64,000 nucleotides of DNA, from assembly GCA_028245195.1 (NCBI GenBank), contig JAOKCF010000001.1, positions 228,326 through 292,325 of the forward strand, written 5' to 3'. The DNA comes from Vicingaceae bacterium (lineage in GTDB: Bacteria > Bacteroidota > Bacteroidia > Flavobacteriales_E > Vicingaceae). Shown here piece by piece: positions 31,320 through 41,633 of this stretch (the first letter of the stretch is position 1; each line of letters opens with the position of its first letter). The translations under genes and the position numbers were made by a program. Below the pieces are notes generated by a model, which saw only the letters and a list, made by a program, of their open reading frames with translations, made no database searches and was not told where the DNA came from.

Positions 31320-32384
31320 TTGAAACATTCTACTTTTCCCGTTCAGAAAATTGCCACATCGAAGCTATCATCTATCAACTTTGATAATTTAAAATTTGGC
31401 AGAGACTTTTCTGATCATATGTTATTAGCAGAATACAACGATGAAATTTGGAAAACACCTCAAATCCTACCTTATCAACCATTAGAGTTATTTCCTGCAG
31501 CGTCTGTTTTTCACTATGGTCAAGCTATTTTTGAAGGCTTAAAGGCACATAAGAATGACGCTGGAGAAGTTTTTATTTTTAGAGCAGATGAAAACTTCAA
31601 ACGATTAAACTCCTCTGCTGCTAGAATGTCTATGCCTGAGATTCCTGAAGATATCTTCATGGATGGTTTGATGCAATTAATTGAATTAGACAAAGACTGG
31701 ATCCCAGTTGGTGATGGCATGTCACTTTACTTGAGACCTTTTATGATCGCGGATGATCCGTTTCTAGGTGTTAAGCCAAGTGGTTCCTATAAATTCATGA
31801 TTATTACCTCCCCTTCTGCTTCTTATTACTCAGGTGCTGTCAAAGTTAAAATAGAATCTCACTACTCTAGAGCAGCAGTAGGAGGAGTTGGAGCTGCAAA
31901 AGCTGCAGGCAACTATGCAGCGTCTTTACTGCCAGCGAAAAAAGCGCAAGAAGAAGGTTACGACCAACTTATTTGGACTGACGCTAAAAATCACCAATAC
32001 CTTGAAGAATCAGGGACAATGAACCTAATGTTAGTTAAAGGAAAAAAAGTACTAACCCCCCCATTGGACAGCAAAACCATTTTACCTGGCATTACTCGTA
32101 AAAGTATTCTTCAATTAGCTGAGGAATGGGGTTATGAAGTTATGGAAAGACCAATAACAGTGACTGAACTCGTTGAAGGCATAGAGGATAATTCAATTAG
32201 TGAATTATTTGGAGTTGGAACAGCAGCTACTATTGCTCCAATTTCAGTTGTAGGTTATAAGGATAACCAATTACAATTGCCTGATTACACCAAGTGGGAA
32301 TTTTCAAATAAAGTGAAACAGTACTTGGAAGAACTTAAAACTGGAAAAGTAAAAGATACTCACAACTGGATTGAAACACTTTAA
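31320..32384 (+). CDS. ilvE: branched-chain amino acid aminotransferase
   Basis: Class IV aminotransferase features: FGRDFSDHM, FHYGQAIFEGLKA, LYLRPF, GAAKAAGNYAASL and EESGTMN. A TTG start at 31320 is required, because the first in-frame ATG lies inside the conserved DHM motif. Confidence 0.9.
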   Translation: MKHSTFPVQKIATSKLSSINFDNLKFGRDFSDHMLLAEYNDEIWKTPQILPYQPLELFPAASVFHYGQAIFEGLKAHKNDAGEVFIFRADENFKRLNSSAARMSMPEIPEDIFMDGLMQLIELDKDWIPVGDGMSLYLRPFMIADDPFLGVKPSGSYKFMIITSPSASYYSGAVKVKIESHYSRAAVGGVGAAKAAGNYAASLLPAKKAQEEGYDQLIWTDAKNHQYLEESGTMNLMLVKGKKVLTPPLDSKTILPGITRKSILQLAEEWGYEVMERPITVTELVEGIEDNSISELFGVGTAATIAPISVVGYKDNQLQLPDYTKWEFSNKVKQYLEELKTGKVKDTHNWIETL

Positions 32385-32872
32385 TTATCATTTTTAGGGT
32401 AATCATAGAAAAAATAATGGCCTGTTGAACCACTAACTAGGTCCCAAGAATCAAACTCAAAACTAATTCCAACTATTGCTGCAGTTGGCAAGTTTCCAAA
32501 TTGCTTGTTGCTCAAATATTCTGCAAAATCTGTTAGCCCGGGATTATGTCCTACTAAAAACACATTATCAAACTTATCAGAAATCTGATTTACCTTGCTA
32601 AGCAATGAAAAGGTCGAAGCATGATACAGCTCCGGCTCTTCTATAATATCCACAGGGTTTTCAAATCTACTGGCAATTAGTTGTGAGGTAGTTAAGGCAC
32701 GGACAGCAGGGCTAGAAATAATAATATCCGGAAAAATTCCTGCTGTGAGTAGTCTGCCTCCCATCTCTGGAGCTGCTGCTGCTCCCCTATCATTCAACGG
32801 ACGGTCAAAATCTTTTAGTTGAACATTACCCCAACTCGATATTGCATGCCTAATGATGTATAACTTTTTCAA
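32381..32872 (-). CDS. histidine phosphatase family protein (SixA-like)
   Basis: MKKLYIIRHA (RHG-type motif) and a downstream GHNP motif. Length is 163 aa. Confidence 0.75.
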   Translation of the reverse strand: MKKLYIIRHAISSWGNVQLKDFDRPLNDRGAAAAPEMGGRLLTAGIFPDIIISSPAVRALTTSQLIASRFENPVDIIEEPELYHASTFSLLSKVNQISDKFDNVFLVGHNPGLTDFAEYLSNKQFGNLPTAAIVGISFEFDSWDLVSGSTGHYFFYDYPKNDN

Positions 32873-32880
32873 ACTATTAT

Positions 32881-33348
32881 TTAGCGATCTCCAATTTTTG
32901 GATCAAACCCATCGTTCATTTTTAAAGTAAAAATTGGCAACAAAAAGTTTTGTAAAATGTTAGAATTTGACTTAAAAACATGTTTAGCAAATGACTTTAA
33001 ACTTGTAATCAACTCTTCCGAATATACACTATCTAACTTCTGTAAAACAGGGCCCAAATTTGTCAACCGGTTCTCTAGAAATAGCTCTTTCCCTTTCCAA
33101 TCCTCCGGCAATTGAGCTAAGATGTGATCAAAATCAGCCTCAAAACACTTGTCTACCTCTTCGTAATAGTTGTGCAGAATCAGCTTAGACGTATAGGTTC
33201 TTAAATGTGCTAAGCGTATTGCATCTGCTTTTTCATCATCTGAAACTACACCATCATCTGATACGGCTGCTAATAATGCAACCACTGCAGGAGCTCTTAA
33301 AATAATACCTCGATCAATTGGATCTAGTTTGTCGATTTCTTTTGACAT
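32881..33348 (-). CDS. hypothetical protein (possible TerB-like helical domain)
   Basis: 155-aa soluble ORF. The segment LLAAVSDDGVVSDDEKADAI is reminiscent of TerB-type motifs. The family call is weak. Confidence 0.4.
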   Translation of the reverse strand: MSKEIDKLDPIDRGIILRAPAVVALLAAVSDDGVVSDDEKADAIRLAHLRTYTSKLILHNYYEEVDKCFEADFDHILAQLPEDWKGKELFLENRLTNLGPVLQKLDSVYSEELITSLKSFAKHVFKSNSNILQNFLLPIFTLKMNDGFDPKIGDR

Positions 33349-33424
33349 AATTTGATTTGTTTAATACCTTCACAAAGATAATTTTCTTTAGGAATCTATG
33401 GATTTTCTTCTCAAAATTTAATGC

Positions 33425-33823
33425 ATGAATTTGGTAAATAAAAAACTTTCTGATGAACTGAGCTTTAAAACTAGTAGAAGTGGAGGAAAAGGTGGGCAAC
33501 ATGTGAATAAAAGGGAAAGCAGGGTAACTCTTTTTTTCAATGTCCGCGAATCTAAAATTTTGGATGAAGATGAAAAAGCTGTTTTAACTGCCAAACTAAA
33601 CCTTTCTATTGATGGTGTTCTACAAATAAATAGTGAGGCTTCAAGGTCTCAATTGAAAAACAAAGAAAACTGCCTTAATAAGTTTTACAAAAACATTGAG
33701 AAAGCTCTAGTTATCCGGAAGAAGAGGAAAGCTAGCAAACCATCGAAGACTGCGATAAGAAAACGGTTAAATGAGAAAAAAAGAAGGTCAGAAATTAAGC
33801 AAAATCGAAAACCTGACTTTTAA
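33425..33823 (+). CDS. arfB: alternative ribosome-rescue factor ArfB (peptidyl-tRNA hydrolase)
   Basis: GGQ motif SGGKGGQHVNK and a basic C-terminal tail KKRKASKPSKTAIRKRLNEKKRRSEIK. Length is 132 aa. Confidence 0.85.
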   Translation: MNLVNKKLSDELSFKTSRSGGKGGQHVNKRESRVTLFFNVRESKILDEDEKAVLTAKLNLSIDGVLQINSEASRSQLKNKENCLNKFYKNIEKALVIRKKRKASKPSKTAIRKRLNEKKRRSEIKQNRKPDF

Positions 33824-34518
33824 GCCTTTAATAGTTTGGAGCACGCTTTCCAAACAGCATCTGATTTAGGCGCTGGAGCGGATATTTTTTGCTTCTCTTT
33901 AGAAACCGGATGAATAAACTCTATAGAACGTGCATGTAAATGGATAGATGCATCACTATTTGTTCTATCGAAGCCATATTTAATATCTCCTTTAATGGGC
34001 GAACCAATGGCAGAAAGTTGACTTCTAATTTGATGGTGTCTCCCTGTTTTGGGGTAAACTTCTAACAAGTGATAATTATCTAAACTCAATTTAACTTTAT
34101 AGGACAACTCTGCACGTTTAGACCCTTTTTTTTCAGAAGCATGAGCAGTACTTTTATTCCTTTCCGGATTTCGCACTAAAAAATGAACCAAGGTATCTTC
34201 ACTTTTTAGTGGCTTGTTTTTTACCACCGCCCAATATGTTTTTTGTATTTCCTTTTCTTGAAACATCTTATTTAACCTCACCAAAGCTTTTGAAGTCTTG
34301 GCTAGTAAAACCAATCCACTTGTAGGTCTGTCAATTCGATGCGGTACTCCTAAATATACCTCCCCTGGCTTTTTATACTTCTCCTTTAAAAACTCCTTTG
34401 CAAGATCATTTAATGGCTTGTCTTTTGTCCGATCACCTTGCGTTAACATACCCGATGGTTTGCTTACCGCTAATAAGTGATTATCCTCAAATAAAACTTG
34501 AAACTGATTTTTTGACAC
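33820..34518 (-). CDS. RluA family pseudouridine synthase
   Basis: Catalytic motif HRIDRPTSGLVLLAKT and the later GRHHQIR. Length is 232 aa. Confidence 0.85.
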   Translation of the reverse strand: MSKNQFQVLFEDNHLLAVSKPSGMLTQGDRTKDKPLNDLAKEFLKEKYKKPGEVYLGVPHRIDRPTSGLVLLAKTSKALVRLNKMFQEKEIQKTYWAVVKNKPLKSEDTLVHFLVRNPERNKSTAHASEKKGSKRAELSYKVKLSLDNYHLLEVYPKTGRHHQIRSQLSAIGSPIKGDIKYGFDRTNSDASIHLHARSIEFIHPVSKEKQKISAPAPKSDAVWKACSKLLKA

Positions 34519-34556
34519 AAATTATTGTTCTCGTTCTAAAACTAAATCTAACACTT

Positions 34557-35147
34557 TCATAGCTGACAATCATTTTTACCCAAAATCTCCAATACCTTTT
34601 GGTATTCTTTAAAGCCATCAACACCAATCACCTCTACTGAATATTTCCCTGGTGCTAGAATGGCTGAATACTTCCCATTCTTCTGATTCTTAACATAAGG
34701 GCCTATCAAATTCCCAGTTTCTTCATGGAAAAATTCAATTGTAACATCTGCCTCAACAACTGCTAAATCCTGGTTCAAAATTCAACCCGAGAGCAAAGTA
34801 TACTCATCCTTTACATCATAAAAAGTTAACCTGTAAATATCCCAATCTCCAAAACTATCGTCAAATCGCTTTGCCATGTTTGCATAGCGTCGATTTTTTG
34901 CATAAGATATATTTAAGTCGTCGAATAGGGTATTTATTGGGTGACCCAAGTTAATTAGTTTTTTCCAGTGCTCTTCCTTATCTTCAATGTTTGAAGATTT
35001 AAATAAATCCATCCCTCCCATCCCTAAATGGGTATCTGAACTAAAATAGAGCGCTTTTTCCTCAAACTCCGCATATACTCCCACATACTGCGCCTTCAGC
35101 TGTGAAATACTGATAATAATTAAAGTAAAAAAAACAATTTTTTTCAT
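34557..35147 (-). pseudogene. remnant of a PD40-repeat / CarboxypepD_reg / OmpA-type protein with in-frame TGA
   Basis: ORFs 34782-35147 and 34557-34778 share a frame, and the complement of 34782-34784 is TGA (...YTLLSG*ILNQDLAVVEADV...). The content is a signal peptide, about 1.5 PD40-like repeats (YFSSDTHLGMGGMDLFKS, LGHPINTLFDD) and a CarboxypepD_reg-like segment. No OmpA domain is present. Confidence 0.55.
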
Positions 35148-35150
35148 TTG

Positions 35151-35972
35151 CTAGTACTGCTCCTTTTCATTCGGAAAATCCGTTGATTTAACGTCTGTTA
35201 TATATCTTTCTACTGAATCTTTAATCCCTGAATACAAGTCGTTGTATCGCCTTAGGAAACGAGGGCTAAATTCATTATTTATTCCTAACATGTCATGAAT
35301 CACTAAGACCTGACCATCTACTCCATTACCAGCTCCAATACCGATCACAGGAATATTCACTTTCTCAGCAACCATTTTTGCTAACCTAAAAGGTATTTTC
35401 TCGAGCACTATTGCAAAGCATCCCGCTTCCTCTAAAGCTAGAGCATCTTCCATTAATTTCTTTGCTTCAGCGTCCTCTTTCGCTCTTACCACATATGTTC
35501 CAAACTTATAAATAGATTGTGGGGTGAGGCCCAAATGTCCCATCACAGGTATTCCAGCAGAAAGAATGCGTTCAACAGATTCAATTATTTCTTCACCACC
35601 TTCCATTTTTACTGCATGGCCTCCAGACTCTTTCATAATTCGAATCGCAGAAGTTAAAGCCTCTTTCGAATTACCCTGATATGTTCCGAATGGAAGATCT
35701 ACGACAACCAAACATCGACTTACCGCCCTCACTACTGAAGATGCATGATAAATCATTTGATCAAGAGTTATTGGTAAAGTCGTTTCATGCCCTGCCATAA
35801 CATTCGATGCTGAATCGCCAACCAAAATAACATCTATTCCTGCGGCGTCAACTATTCTGGCCATGGAAAAGTCATAAGCCGTTAACATTGAAATCTTTTC
35901 ACCTCTACTCTTCATCTCCTGAAGAACGTGAGTTGTAACTTTTTTTTCTTTTTGACTTTTAGCAGTAGACAT
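35151..35972 (-). CDS. panB: 3-methyl-2-oxobutanoate hydroxymethyltransferase
   Basis: 273 aa. Contains [37 protein letters not shown] and VKMEGG. Confidence 0.95.
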   Translation of the reverse strand: MSTAKSQKEKKVTTHVLQEMKSRGEKISMLTAYDFSMARIVDAAGIDVILVGDSASNVMAGHETTLPITLDQMIYHASSVVRAVSRCLVVVDLPFGTYQGNSKEALTSAIRIMKESGGHAVKMEGGEEIIESVERILSAGIPVMGHLGLTPQSIYKFGTYVVRAKEDAEAKKLMEDALALEEAGCFAIVLEKIPFRLAKMVAEKVNIPVIGIGAGNGVDGQVLVIHDMLGINNEFSPRFLRRYNDLYSGIKDSVERYITDVKSTDFPNEKEQY

Positions 35973-36044
35973 AGACCGTTTTTCTCTTGTCTGAACAAAA
36001 CTACAAAATAGAATGTGATAATGAATAATTGGTAATTTTGGAAA

Positions 36045-37064
36045 ATGAATTTGATAAAAGTAGCAGCGTGTATTATTTTAATTTCAGTCCTTTTTTCTTG
36101 CGAGAACGAAGTGGAAGTAAATGCGGAGTTTGAGGAAAAAACATTTGTTTTGGGTTTGATTGATACAGGAAGTGATACCCAGTTTGTCAAGGTTACTAAA
36201 ACCTTCTTGGATAACGAAACTGGCGCCATTCAACTGGGTCAAGACCCTAACAATCTTTATTATGATAGTATAGACATTACGTTAAACGAACTCAATGCGA
36301 GCAGGAATATAGTTCAGCAGTTTAAGATGGCAAAAATACTTCGACCTAAAGAAAGTGGTCTTTTTACCACCGAAAGAAATGAGGCGTATTACTCAAATGC
36401 TGTTGTGAAAGAAAATACAACATACACGTTAACCATTGATAAATTAAATGGCACTGCTATCACAATCGGGGAAGCAATGGTTTCTCGTGGCATTACTTTG
36501 GCTGAACCAGATATCCGGAGACGAGGGAAAATAAGTCTAATAGATCCTAGATCAAAAATTATTATTGACGAAAGGTTTGAATTTCTAACGTCTGAAAATG
36601 TTGGGGAATTTTCTGCTACTATGGTATTCAATTATTTGGAAATCATTAATGTATACGACACCGTAAAATCTATCAGAATTCCGTTAACTTCCATTTTAAA
36701 CCCTACTTTAAACGAAGTGAATTATCCATTTATTTTTGAGGGTCAAAAGTTTTTTACCGCCCTTGAAACAAACATCCCTATTAGTCTCAACCCTCCTAAA
36801 AGGGTAGTTTTAGATGTAGGGATAGATATAATTTTAGAGGCGGCGGATGCAGACTACACACTTTACAGAGATGTCAATGGTCCAATAGATGGGTTGGCTC
36901 AAACCAGACCAGACTACACTAACATTGTCAATGGAATTGGTCTGTTCGCATCTCGCAACATTAGCACTGTTAAAATTGGTTTAAGTGGTGATACAAAAAA
37001 TTATATAATCGCTACCTATGGCGATCGTAATAACCTTTCACAATATAGAGGTTTCGAGTTTTAA
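36045..37064 (+). CDS. hypothetical lipoprotein
   Basis: Lipobox ILISVLFSC. 339 aa and predicted beta-rich. It may be DUF4249-like, but that assignment is not secure. Confidence 0.5.
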   Translation: MNLIKVAACIILISVLFSCENEVEVNAEFEEKTFVLGLIDTGSDTQFVKVTKTFLDNETGAIQLGQDPNNLYYDSIDITLNELNASRNIVQQFKMAKILRPKESGLFTTERNEAYYSNAVVKENTTYTLTIDKLNGTAITIGEAMVSRGITLAEPDIRRRGKISLIDPRSKIIIDERFEFLTSENVGEFSATMVFNYLEIINVYDTVKSIRIPLTSILNPTLNEVNYPFIFEGQKFFTALETNIPISLNPPKRVVLDVGIDIILEAADADYTLYRDVNGPIDGLAQTRPDYTNIVNGIGLFASRNISTVKIGLSGDTKNYIIATYGDRNNLSQYRGFEF

Positions 37065-37074
37065 CTTGCCATTC

Positions 37075-37091
37075 TGTCACAGTTCGTGACA
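37075..37091. promoter_or_regulatory. perfect inverted repeat TGTCAC-N5-GTGACA (TGTCA-N7-TGACA) upstream of dnaK
   Basis: Same half-sites and spacing as upstream of groES. A third TGACA lies at 37118-37122. Confidence 0.35.
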
Positions 37092-37114
37092 AAGACCCTT
37101 TTAAAAACTACTTA

Positions 37115-37148
37115 AAATGACAGATTTTCACAATTCGTCATTTTTTTT
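37115..37148 (+). terminator. possible terminator of the upstream lipoprotein gene
   Basis: 7-bp stem AAATGAC/GTCATTT with a 15-nt loop, followed by a T-run. The large loop makes it a weak call. Confidence 0.35.
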
Positions 37149-37152
37149 AAAA

Positions 37153-37169
37153 TGGCATATTCATTGACT
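37153..37169 (+). promoter_or_regulatory. sigma-54-like -24/-12 element TGGCAT-N5-TTGACT upstream of dnaK
   Basis: TGGCA at 37153-37157, a 7-nt spacer, then TGACT at 37165-37169, 46 nt before the dnaK ATG at 37215. Confidence 0.3.
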
Positions 37170-37214
37170 ATTATTTTACAGATTACAAAATTTGAATTTA
37201 AATTAACAATAGAT

Positions 37215-39125
37215 ATGAGTAAAATAATTGGAATTGATTTAGGTACAACGAACTCTTGTGTTTCAGTAATGGAAGGAAATGAGCCGGTTGTTATTCCTAA
37301 CAGTGAAGGGAAAAGAACTACTCCTTCGATCGTTGCTTTTATTGAAGGTGGCGAAAGAAAAATAGGAGATCCTGCAAAAAGACAAGCTATCACAAATCCT
37401 ACTAAAACAATTTATTCCATAAAGAGATTTATGGGTAGTAAATTTTCTGATGTAGAAAAAGAGTTAGGCAGAGTGCCTTACAAGGTAGTAAAAGGCGACA
37501 ATGACACTCCTAGAGTAAAAATTGACGACAGAATGTATACTCCTCAGGAGATTTCTGCTATGATTCTTCAAAAAATGAAGAAAACTGCAGAAGATTACTT
37601 AGGAACTTCAGTATCTGAGGCAGTAATTACTGTACCAGCTTATTTTAATGATGCGCAAAGACAAGCAACAAAAGAAGCAGGAGAAATAGCCGGATTAACG
37701 GTGAAAAGAATCATTAACGAACCAACTGCAGCTGCATTGGCTTATGGTTTAGATAAGAAATCAAACGATGTAAATATTGCAGTTTTTGATTGTGGTGGTG
37801 GAACGCATGATGTTTCTATCTTAGAGCTAGGGGACGGTGTTTTCGAAGTAAAATCTACAGATGGTGATACTCACCTTGGTGGAGATGATTTTGATGACGT
37901 AATTATAGATTGGTTAGCGAAAGAATTTGAAAATGAAGAAAGCATTGACTTGAGAAAGGACCCAATGGCACTTCAAAGATTGAAAGAAGCAGCTGAGAAA
38001 GCGAAGATTGAATTATCTAGCTCTAACCAGTCTGAAATCAATTTACCTTACGTTACAGCTACAGATTCAGGACCAAAGCACTTAGTGCGTTCTTTAAGCA
38101 GAGCAAAGTTTGAGCAATTAGCTGATAGTTTAATTAAAAGAACAATTGAGCCTTGTAAAAAAGCACTTGAATCTGCAGGAATGAAGGTTTCTGAAATTGA
38201 TGAAGTTATTTTAGTAGGTGGTTCAACAAGAATTCCAGCCATACAAGATGCAGTAAAAGCATTTTTCGGAAAAGAACCTTCTAAAGGTGTTAATCCTGAT
38301 GAAGTGGTTGCAATTGGTGCGGCTATTCAAGGTGGTGTTTTAACAGGAGAAGTAAAAGATGTTCTTTTATTAGATGTTACTCCACTTTCGTTAGGTATTG
38401 AAACGATGGGTGGTGTAATGACCAAGTTAATTGAAGCTAACACTACGATTCCTACAAAAAAGTCTGAGACTTTCTCAACTGCTGCTGACAACCAACCTTC
38501 TGTTGAGATTCATATCTTACAAGGTGAGCGTCCAATGGCAAATGGAAACAAGACAATTGGTAGATTTCACTTAGATGGAATTCCTCCATCAAGAAGAGGT
38601 GAGCCACAGATTGAAGTAACATTTGACATTGATTCAAACGGTATATTGAACGTTGCTGCAAAGGATAAGAAAACAGGCAAAGAGCAAATGATTAGAATTG
38701 AAGCTTCTTCAGGTTTAAGCGAAGAAGAAATTGCTAAAATGAAGCGTGAAGCAGAAGAGAATGCTGATGCTGATAACAAAGCTAAAGAAGAAGTTGATAA
38801 GTTAAATGCTGCAGATAGTTTGATTTTCCAAACGGAAAAGCAAATGGCGGAATTTGGTGATAAGCTTCCAGTTGACAAGAAAGAGCCAATTGAAAGCGCT
38901 TTAGATGAATTGAAAAAAGCACATGAAGCGAAGGATTTCGCTGCAATGGAACCGGCAATGGAGAAATTAAATACTGTATTCCAAGCTGCTTCTCAAGAGA
39001 TGTATGCACAAGGTGGTGCTGAAGGTAATGCTGAAGGACAGCCTGCTGGCGATGCCGGAGCTAACGAAGATGAAGTTACTGATGTAGACTTCGAAGAAGT
39101 AGAAGAGGAAGAAGAGAAAAAGTAA
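37215..39125 (+). CDS. dnaK: molecular chaperone DnaK
   Basis: [28 protein letters not shown] and [14 protein letters not shown]. The ATG at 37215 gives the canonical N-terminus, whereas the track start at 37152 adds 21 non-homologous residues. Confidence 0.97.
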   Translation: MSKIIGIDLGTTNSCVSVMEGNEPVVIPNSEGKRTTPSIVAFIEGGERKIGDPAKRQAITNPTKTIYSIKRFMGSKFSDVEKELGRVPYKVVKGDNDTPRVKIDDRMYTPQEISAMILQKMKKTAEDYLGTSVSEAVITVPAYFNDAQRQATKEAGEIAGLTVKRIINEPTAAALAYGLDKKSNDVNIAVFDCGGGTHDVSILELGDGVFEVKSTDGDTHLGGDDFDDVIIDWLAKEFENEESIDLRKDPMALQRLKEAAEKAKIELSSSNQSEINLPYVTATDSGPKHLVRSLSRAKFEQLADSLIKRTIEPCKKALESAGMKVSEIDEVILVGGSTRIPAIQDAVKAFFGKEPSKGVNPDEVVAIGAAIQGGVLTGEVKDVLLLDVTPLSLGIETMGGVMTKLIEANTTIPTKKSETFSTAADNQPSVEIHILQGERPMANGNKTIGRFHLDGIPPSRRGEPQIEVTFDIDSNGILNVAAKDKKTGKEQMIRIEASSGLSEEEIAKMKREAEENADADNKAKEEVDKLNAADSLIFQTEKQMAEFGDKLPVDKKEPIESALDELKKAHEAKDFAAMEPAMEKLNTVFQAASQEMYAQGGAEGNAEGQPAGDAGANEDEVTDVDFEEVEEEEEKK

Positions 39126-39152
39126 GCTTCGAGTAATACAATAACGATTATT

Positions 39153-39194
39153 AAAAGAGCCATTCACTTTAAAGTGAATGGCTCTTTTGGTTTT
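39153..39194 (+). terminator. dnaK Rho-independent terminator
   Basis: 12-bp stem AGAGCCATTCAC/GTGAATGGCTCT followed by TTTTGGTTTT. Confidence 0.85.
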
Positions 39195-39222
39195 ACCCCA
39201 AAAGCAATTAGTTAACAACGTT

Positions 39223-40047
39223 GTGACTATTAAATCAATAAAAAATCAAAACTCTTATTTACAATCCATTAAAAGATGGATTTTTTTAACATTAGCGACA
39301 GTGGCGCTAGCTATGACCACAGTTATTTGTATCACTATACGCCAGGGTAATGTCGGCGTTAAAAGAACCATTGGAAAAATTGACGAGAAAATCATAGAAC
39401 CAAGAACCCAACTTTACAATCCATTTGCAACAAAAATGATTGTAGTTCCTATTCGAACTGAAAATATTGAGGTCGTTTTAGAATTACCTTCTAAAGAAGT
39501 ACTGAATGTAAAAGCTAAAATTTCAACCCTATATCATGTGGAAAAAGCTAAAGCTACAACTATAGTTGGGGAGATTGGGCTGAATTACGAGTCTACTGTA
39601 ATTCTGCCGGTATTTAGAGCTTCTGCCGCCGATTTAACCGCTCGCTATATGGCGAAAGACATGCATACCGGTAATCGATTTGGAATAGAAACAGCCATCA
39701 AAGAGCAAATGATGAAAACAATTGGAGGAAGAAGTTTTATAATTGAAGCTGTTTTAATGAAAAGCATCTCTTTACCTGATGGGTTATACCGTGCAATTGA
39801 AGAAAAGCTACAGGCTAAACAAGATGCTCAACGAATGGAATTTATTCTTCAAAAAGAAAAACAAGAGGCATCGAGAAGAACAATTGAAGCAAAAGGAATT
39901 AGAGATGCTAACAAAATTATTTCTGAAGGACTTACACCTCAAATTATTCAATACAAAACAATTGAAGCATATAGAGAGCTTTCCAAATCCCCAAATGCAA
40001 AGTTGATTATCGGAAGTGGTGCACAACCAATTTTAATGGAACCTTAA
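39223..40047 (+). CDS. SPFH/Band-7 (prohibitin family) membrane protein
   Basis: N-terminal TM segment WIFLTLATVALAMTTVICI, then an SPFH core and the coiled region EEKLQAKQDAQRMEFILQKEKQEASRR. The start is uncertain. The track ATG at 39178 lies inside the dnaK terminator stem, so the GTG at 39223 is proposed. Confidence 0.75.
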   Translation: MTIKSIKNQNSYLQSIKRWIFLTLATVALAMTTVICITIRQGNVGVKRTIGKIDEKIIEPRTQLYNPFATKMIVVPIRTENIEVVLELPSKEVLNVKAKISTLYHVEKAKATTIVGEIGLNYESTVILPVFRASAADLTARYMAKDMHTGNRFGIETAIKEQMMKTIGGRSFIIEAVLMKSISLPDGLYRAIEEKLQAKQDAQRMEFILQKEKQEASRRTIEAKGIRDANKIISEGLTPQIIQYKTIEAYRELSKSPNAKLIIGSGAQPILMEP

Positions 40048-40054
40048 TTATTGA

Positions 40055-40082
40055 ATAGCCGCTTTGTAACAAAGCGGCTATT
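40055..40082 (+). terminator. hairpin after the SPFH gene
   Basis: 13-bp stem AATAGCCGCTTTG/CAAAGCGGCTATT. The downstream T-tract is poor. Confidence 0.4.
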
Positions 40083-40113
40083 ACTCTCTTAACAGATTAC
40101 TAAAAAAAACTAC

Positions 40114-40718
40114 ATGAAATTATCATTATCCCTGTTGATTCTTCTTCAGTTCCACCTTTTAAATACTGCACAAGATTCTACAATATTTGAATACAATTCT
40201 ATTGAAGAAGCACTCTTAAATCCCGAAAAAGTGGTACGCTTGAATTTAAGCGATCAACAATTTGTTTTCTCTCCAAACATTTGGGAACAATTTGTAAACC
40301 TGCAATACTTGAGCCTAAAAAATGAGCATCTATGGGAAGTTCCAGAAGAATTAATGGAATTAAAAAGGCTCAAAATTTTAGATTTAAGTGGAAATGATTT
40401 CATCAATTTACCTTCTAACTTTTTTGAATTAAGAAGTTTGGAAGAATTATATCTGAATGACGAAAAGGAATTAACTTAGATTCCGCTATTCAAGTATTGG
40501 TAAAACTTCCGAAACTAAAGTCCTTACATTTAGAAAATGATGGTTTAAAAATGGTTCCTTCCGAATTAAGCAAATTCAACCATTTGGAGTTTTTATATTT
40601 GAACGGCAAGAAACTGAAAGAAGTTCCATTAAATATTCTACAATTAAAAAATCTAAAATATATTAATCTAAATCAAAACCAAATTGATCGAAAAAATTGG
40701 AACAGCAAGAATCCATAA
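40114..40718 (+). pseudogene. leucine-rich-repeat protein split by a frameshift at an A4 run
   Basis: ORF 40114-40479 ends ...LYLNDEKELT*. The next frame, open from 40461, reads RKGINLDSAIQVLVKLPKLKSLHLENDGLK and continues the LRR periodicity to 40718. The switch must lie within 40461-40476, which contains GAAAAGG. Confidence 0.7.
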
Positions 40719-40862
40719 AGCAACATCACAATAAAGTTCTAACTCTCGCATTTTTTAAAAAATGGATGCCCTTTTATTGACATTAACATGTGTTAAACCT
40801 TCCTAAAACTTCTCTTACATCAAATTTCATTCACGTAATTTTAAACATTGAAAGTAATTTGT

Positions 40863-41633
40863 ATGAATCAGAACACTCTTATAGTAATTACCAACGATGA
40901 CGGAATAACTGCTCCAGGCATTAAAACCTTAATTGAAGTGGTTAAAAAAATTACAGATCGCATTGTTGTAGTAGCACCGGACAAACCACAATCAGGAATG
41001 GGACATGCTATAACCATTAACGCAATGATTCGAATTAAGGAGTTCGATATGGATGGAATAACAGCCTACAGTTGCAGTGGCACACCAGTTGATTGCGTTA
41101 AGGTGGCTACCACAAAAATTGCAGAAGGGAAACCAGATTTAATTGTTTCAGGAATTAATCACGGCTCAAATTCTAGCATTAACGTGATTTATTCAGGCAC
41201 CATGTCCGCAGCATTGGAAGGTTCCATCGAAGGAATTCCATCCATTGGTTTTTCATTGGACGATACTAGAATTGATGCCAACTTTGAACCAACCAAGAAA
41301 TACGTGGAGCAAATAATAAGATATACTTTAGACCATCATTTAGAAGGCAATTGTTGTTTAAACGTCAACTTCCCCGCAATAGGACCGGATTTAATTCAAG
41401 GAATTAAAGTTTGCCGACAGGCAAATGCCATGTGGAAAGAAACTTTTGACGAACGACATGACCCTTCAGGTAATGCCTATTATTGGTTAACCGGTAAATT
41501 TGTAAATCACGAAGAAGAAGCTACCGACACAGATGAATGGGCTTTGAAAAACAACTACATTTCCGTTGTCCCCGTTCAATACGATGTAACGGCATATCCC
41601 GTTCTCAATCAAATCAAACTATTAGAAGAATGA
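40863..41633 (+). CDS. surE: 5'/3'-nucleotidase SurE
   Basis: MNQNTLIVITNDDGITAPGI, SGINHGSN and YSGTMSAALEG. The ATG is at 40863. Confidence 0.92.
   Translation: MNQNTLIVITNDDGITAPGIKTLIEVVKKITDRIVVVAPDKPQSGMGHAITINAMIRIKEFDMDGITAYSCSGTPVDCVKVATTKIAEGKPDLIVSGINHGSNSSINVIYSGTMSAALEGSIEGIPSIGFSLDDTRIDANFEPTKKYVEQIIRYTLDHHLEGNCCLNVNFPAIGPDLIQGIKVCRQANAMWKETFDERHDPSGNAYYWLTGKFVNHEEEATDTDEWALKNNYISVVPVQYDVTAYPVLNQIKLLEE

Noticed and set aside
34782-34784. Selenocysteine at the in-frame TGA
   Set aside because: The protein family is not a selenoprotein family, I noticed no SECIS-like hairpin directly downstream, and the gene is otherwise truncated.
35912-36229. 105-aa minus-strand ORF spanning the panB start and the next intergenic region
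   Set aside because: It overlaps the panB 5' end out of frame and lies antisense to the 36045 lipoprotein gene. Its sequence is low-complexity, with poly-Lys from an A/T run.
38048-39218. Five minus-strand ORFs overlapping the dnaK 3' half
   Set aside because: They are shadow ORFs of dnaK. The last one also runs through the dnaK terminator.
39178-39222. ATG at 39178 as the start of the SPFH gene
   Set aside because: The codon lies inside the 3' arm of the dnaK terminator hairpin. A start downstream, with the GTG at 39223 as a candidate, is more plausible.
40459-40470. Programmed ribosomal frameshift in the LRR gene
   Set aside because: There is no X_XXY_YYZ slippery heptamer and no obvious downstream stimulatory structure. 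A homopolymer indel is the simpler explanation.
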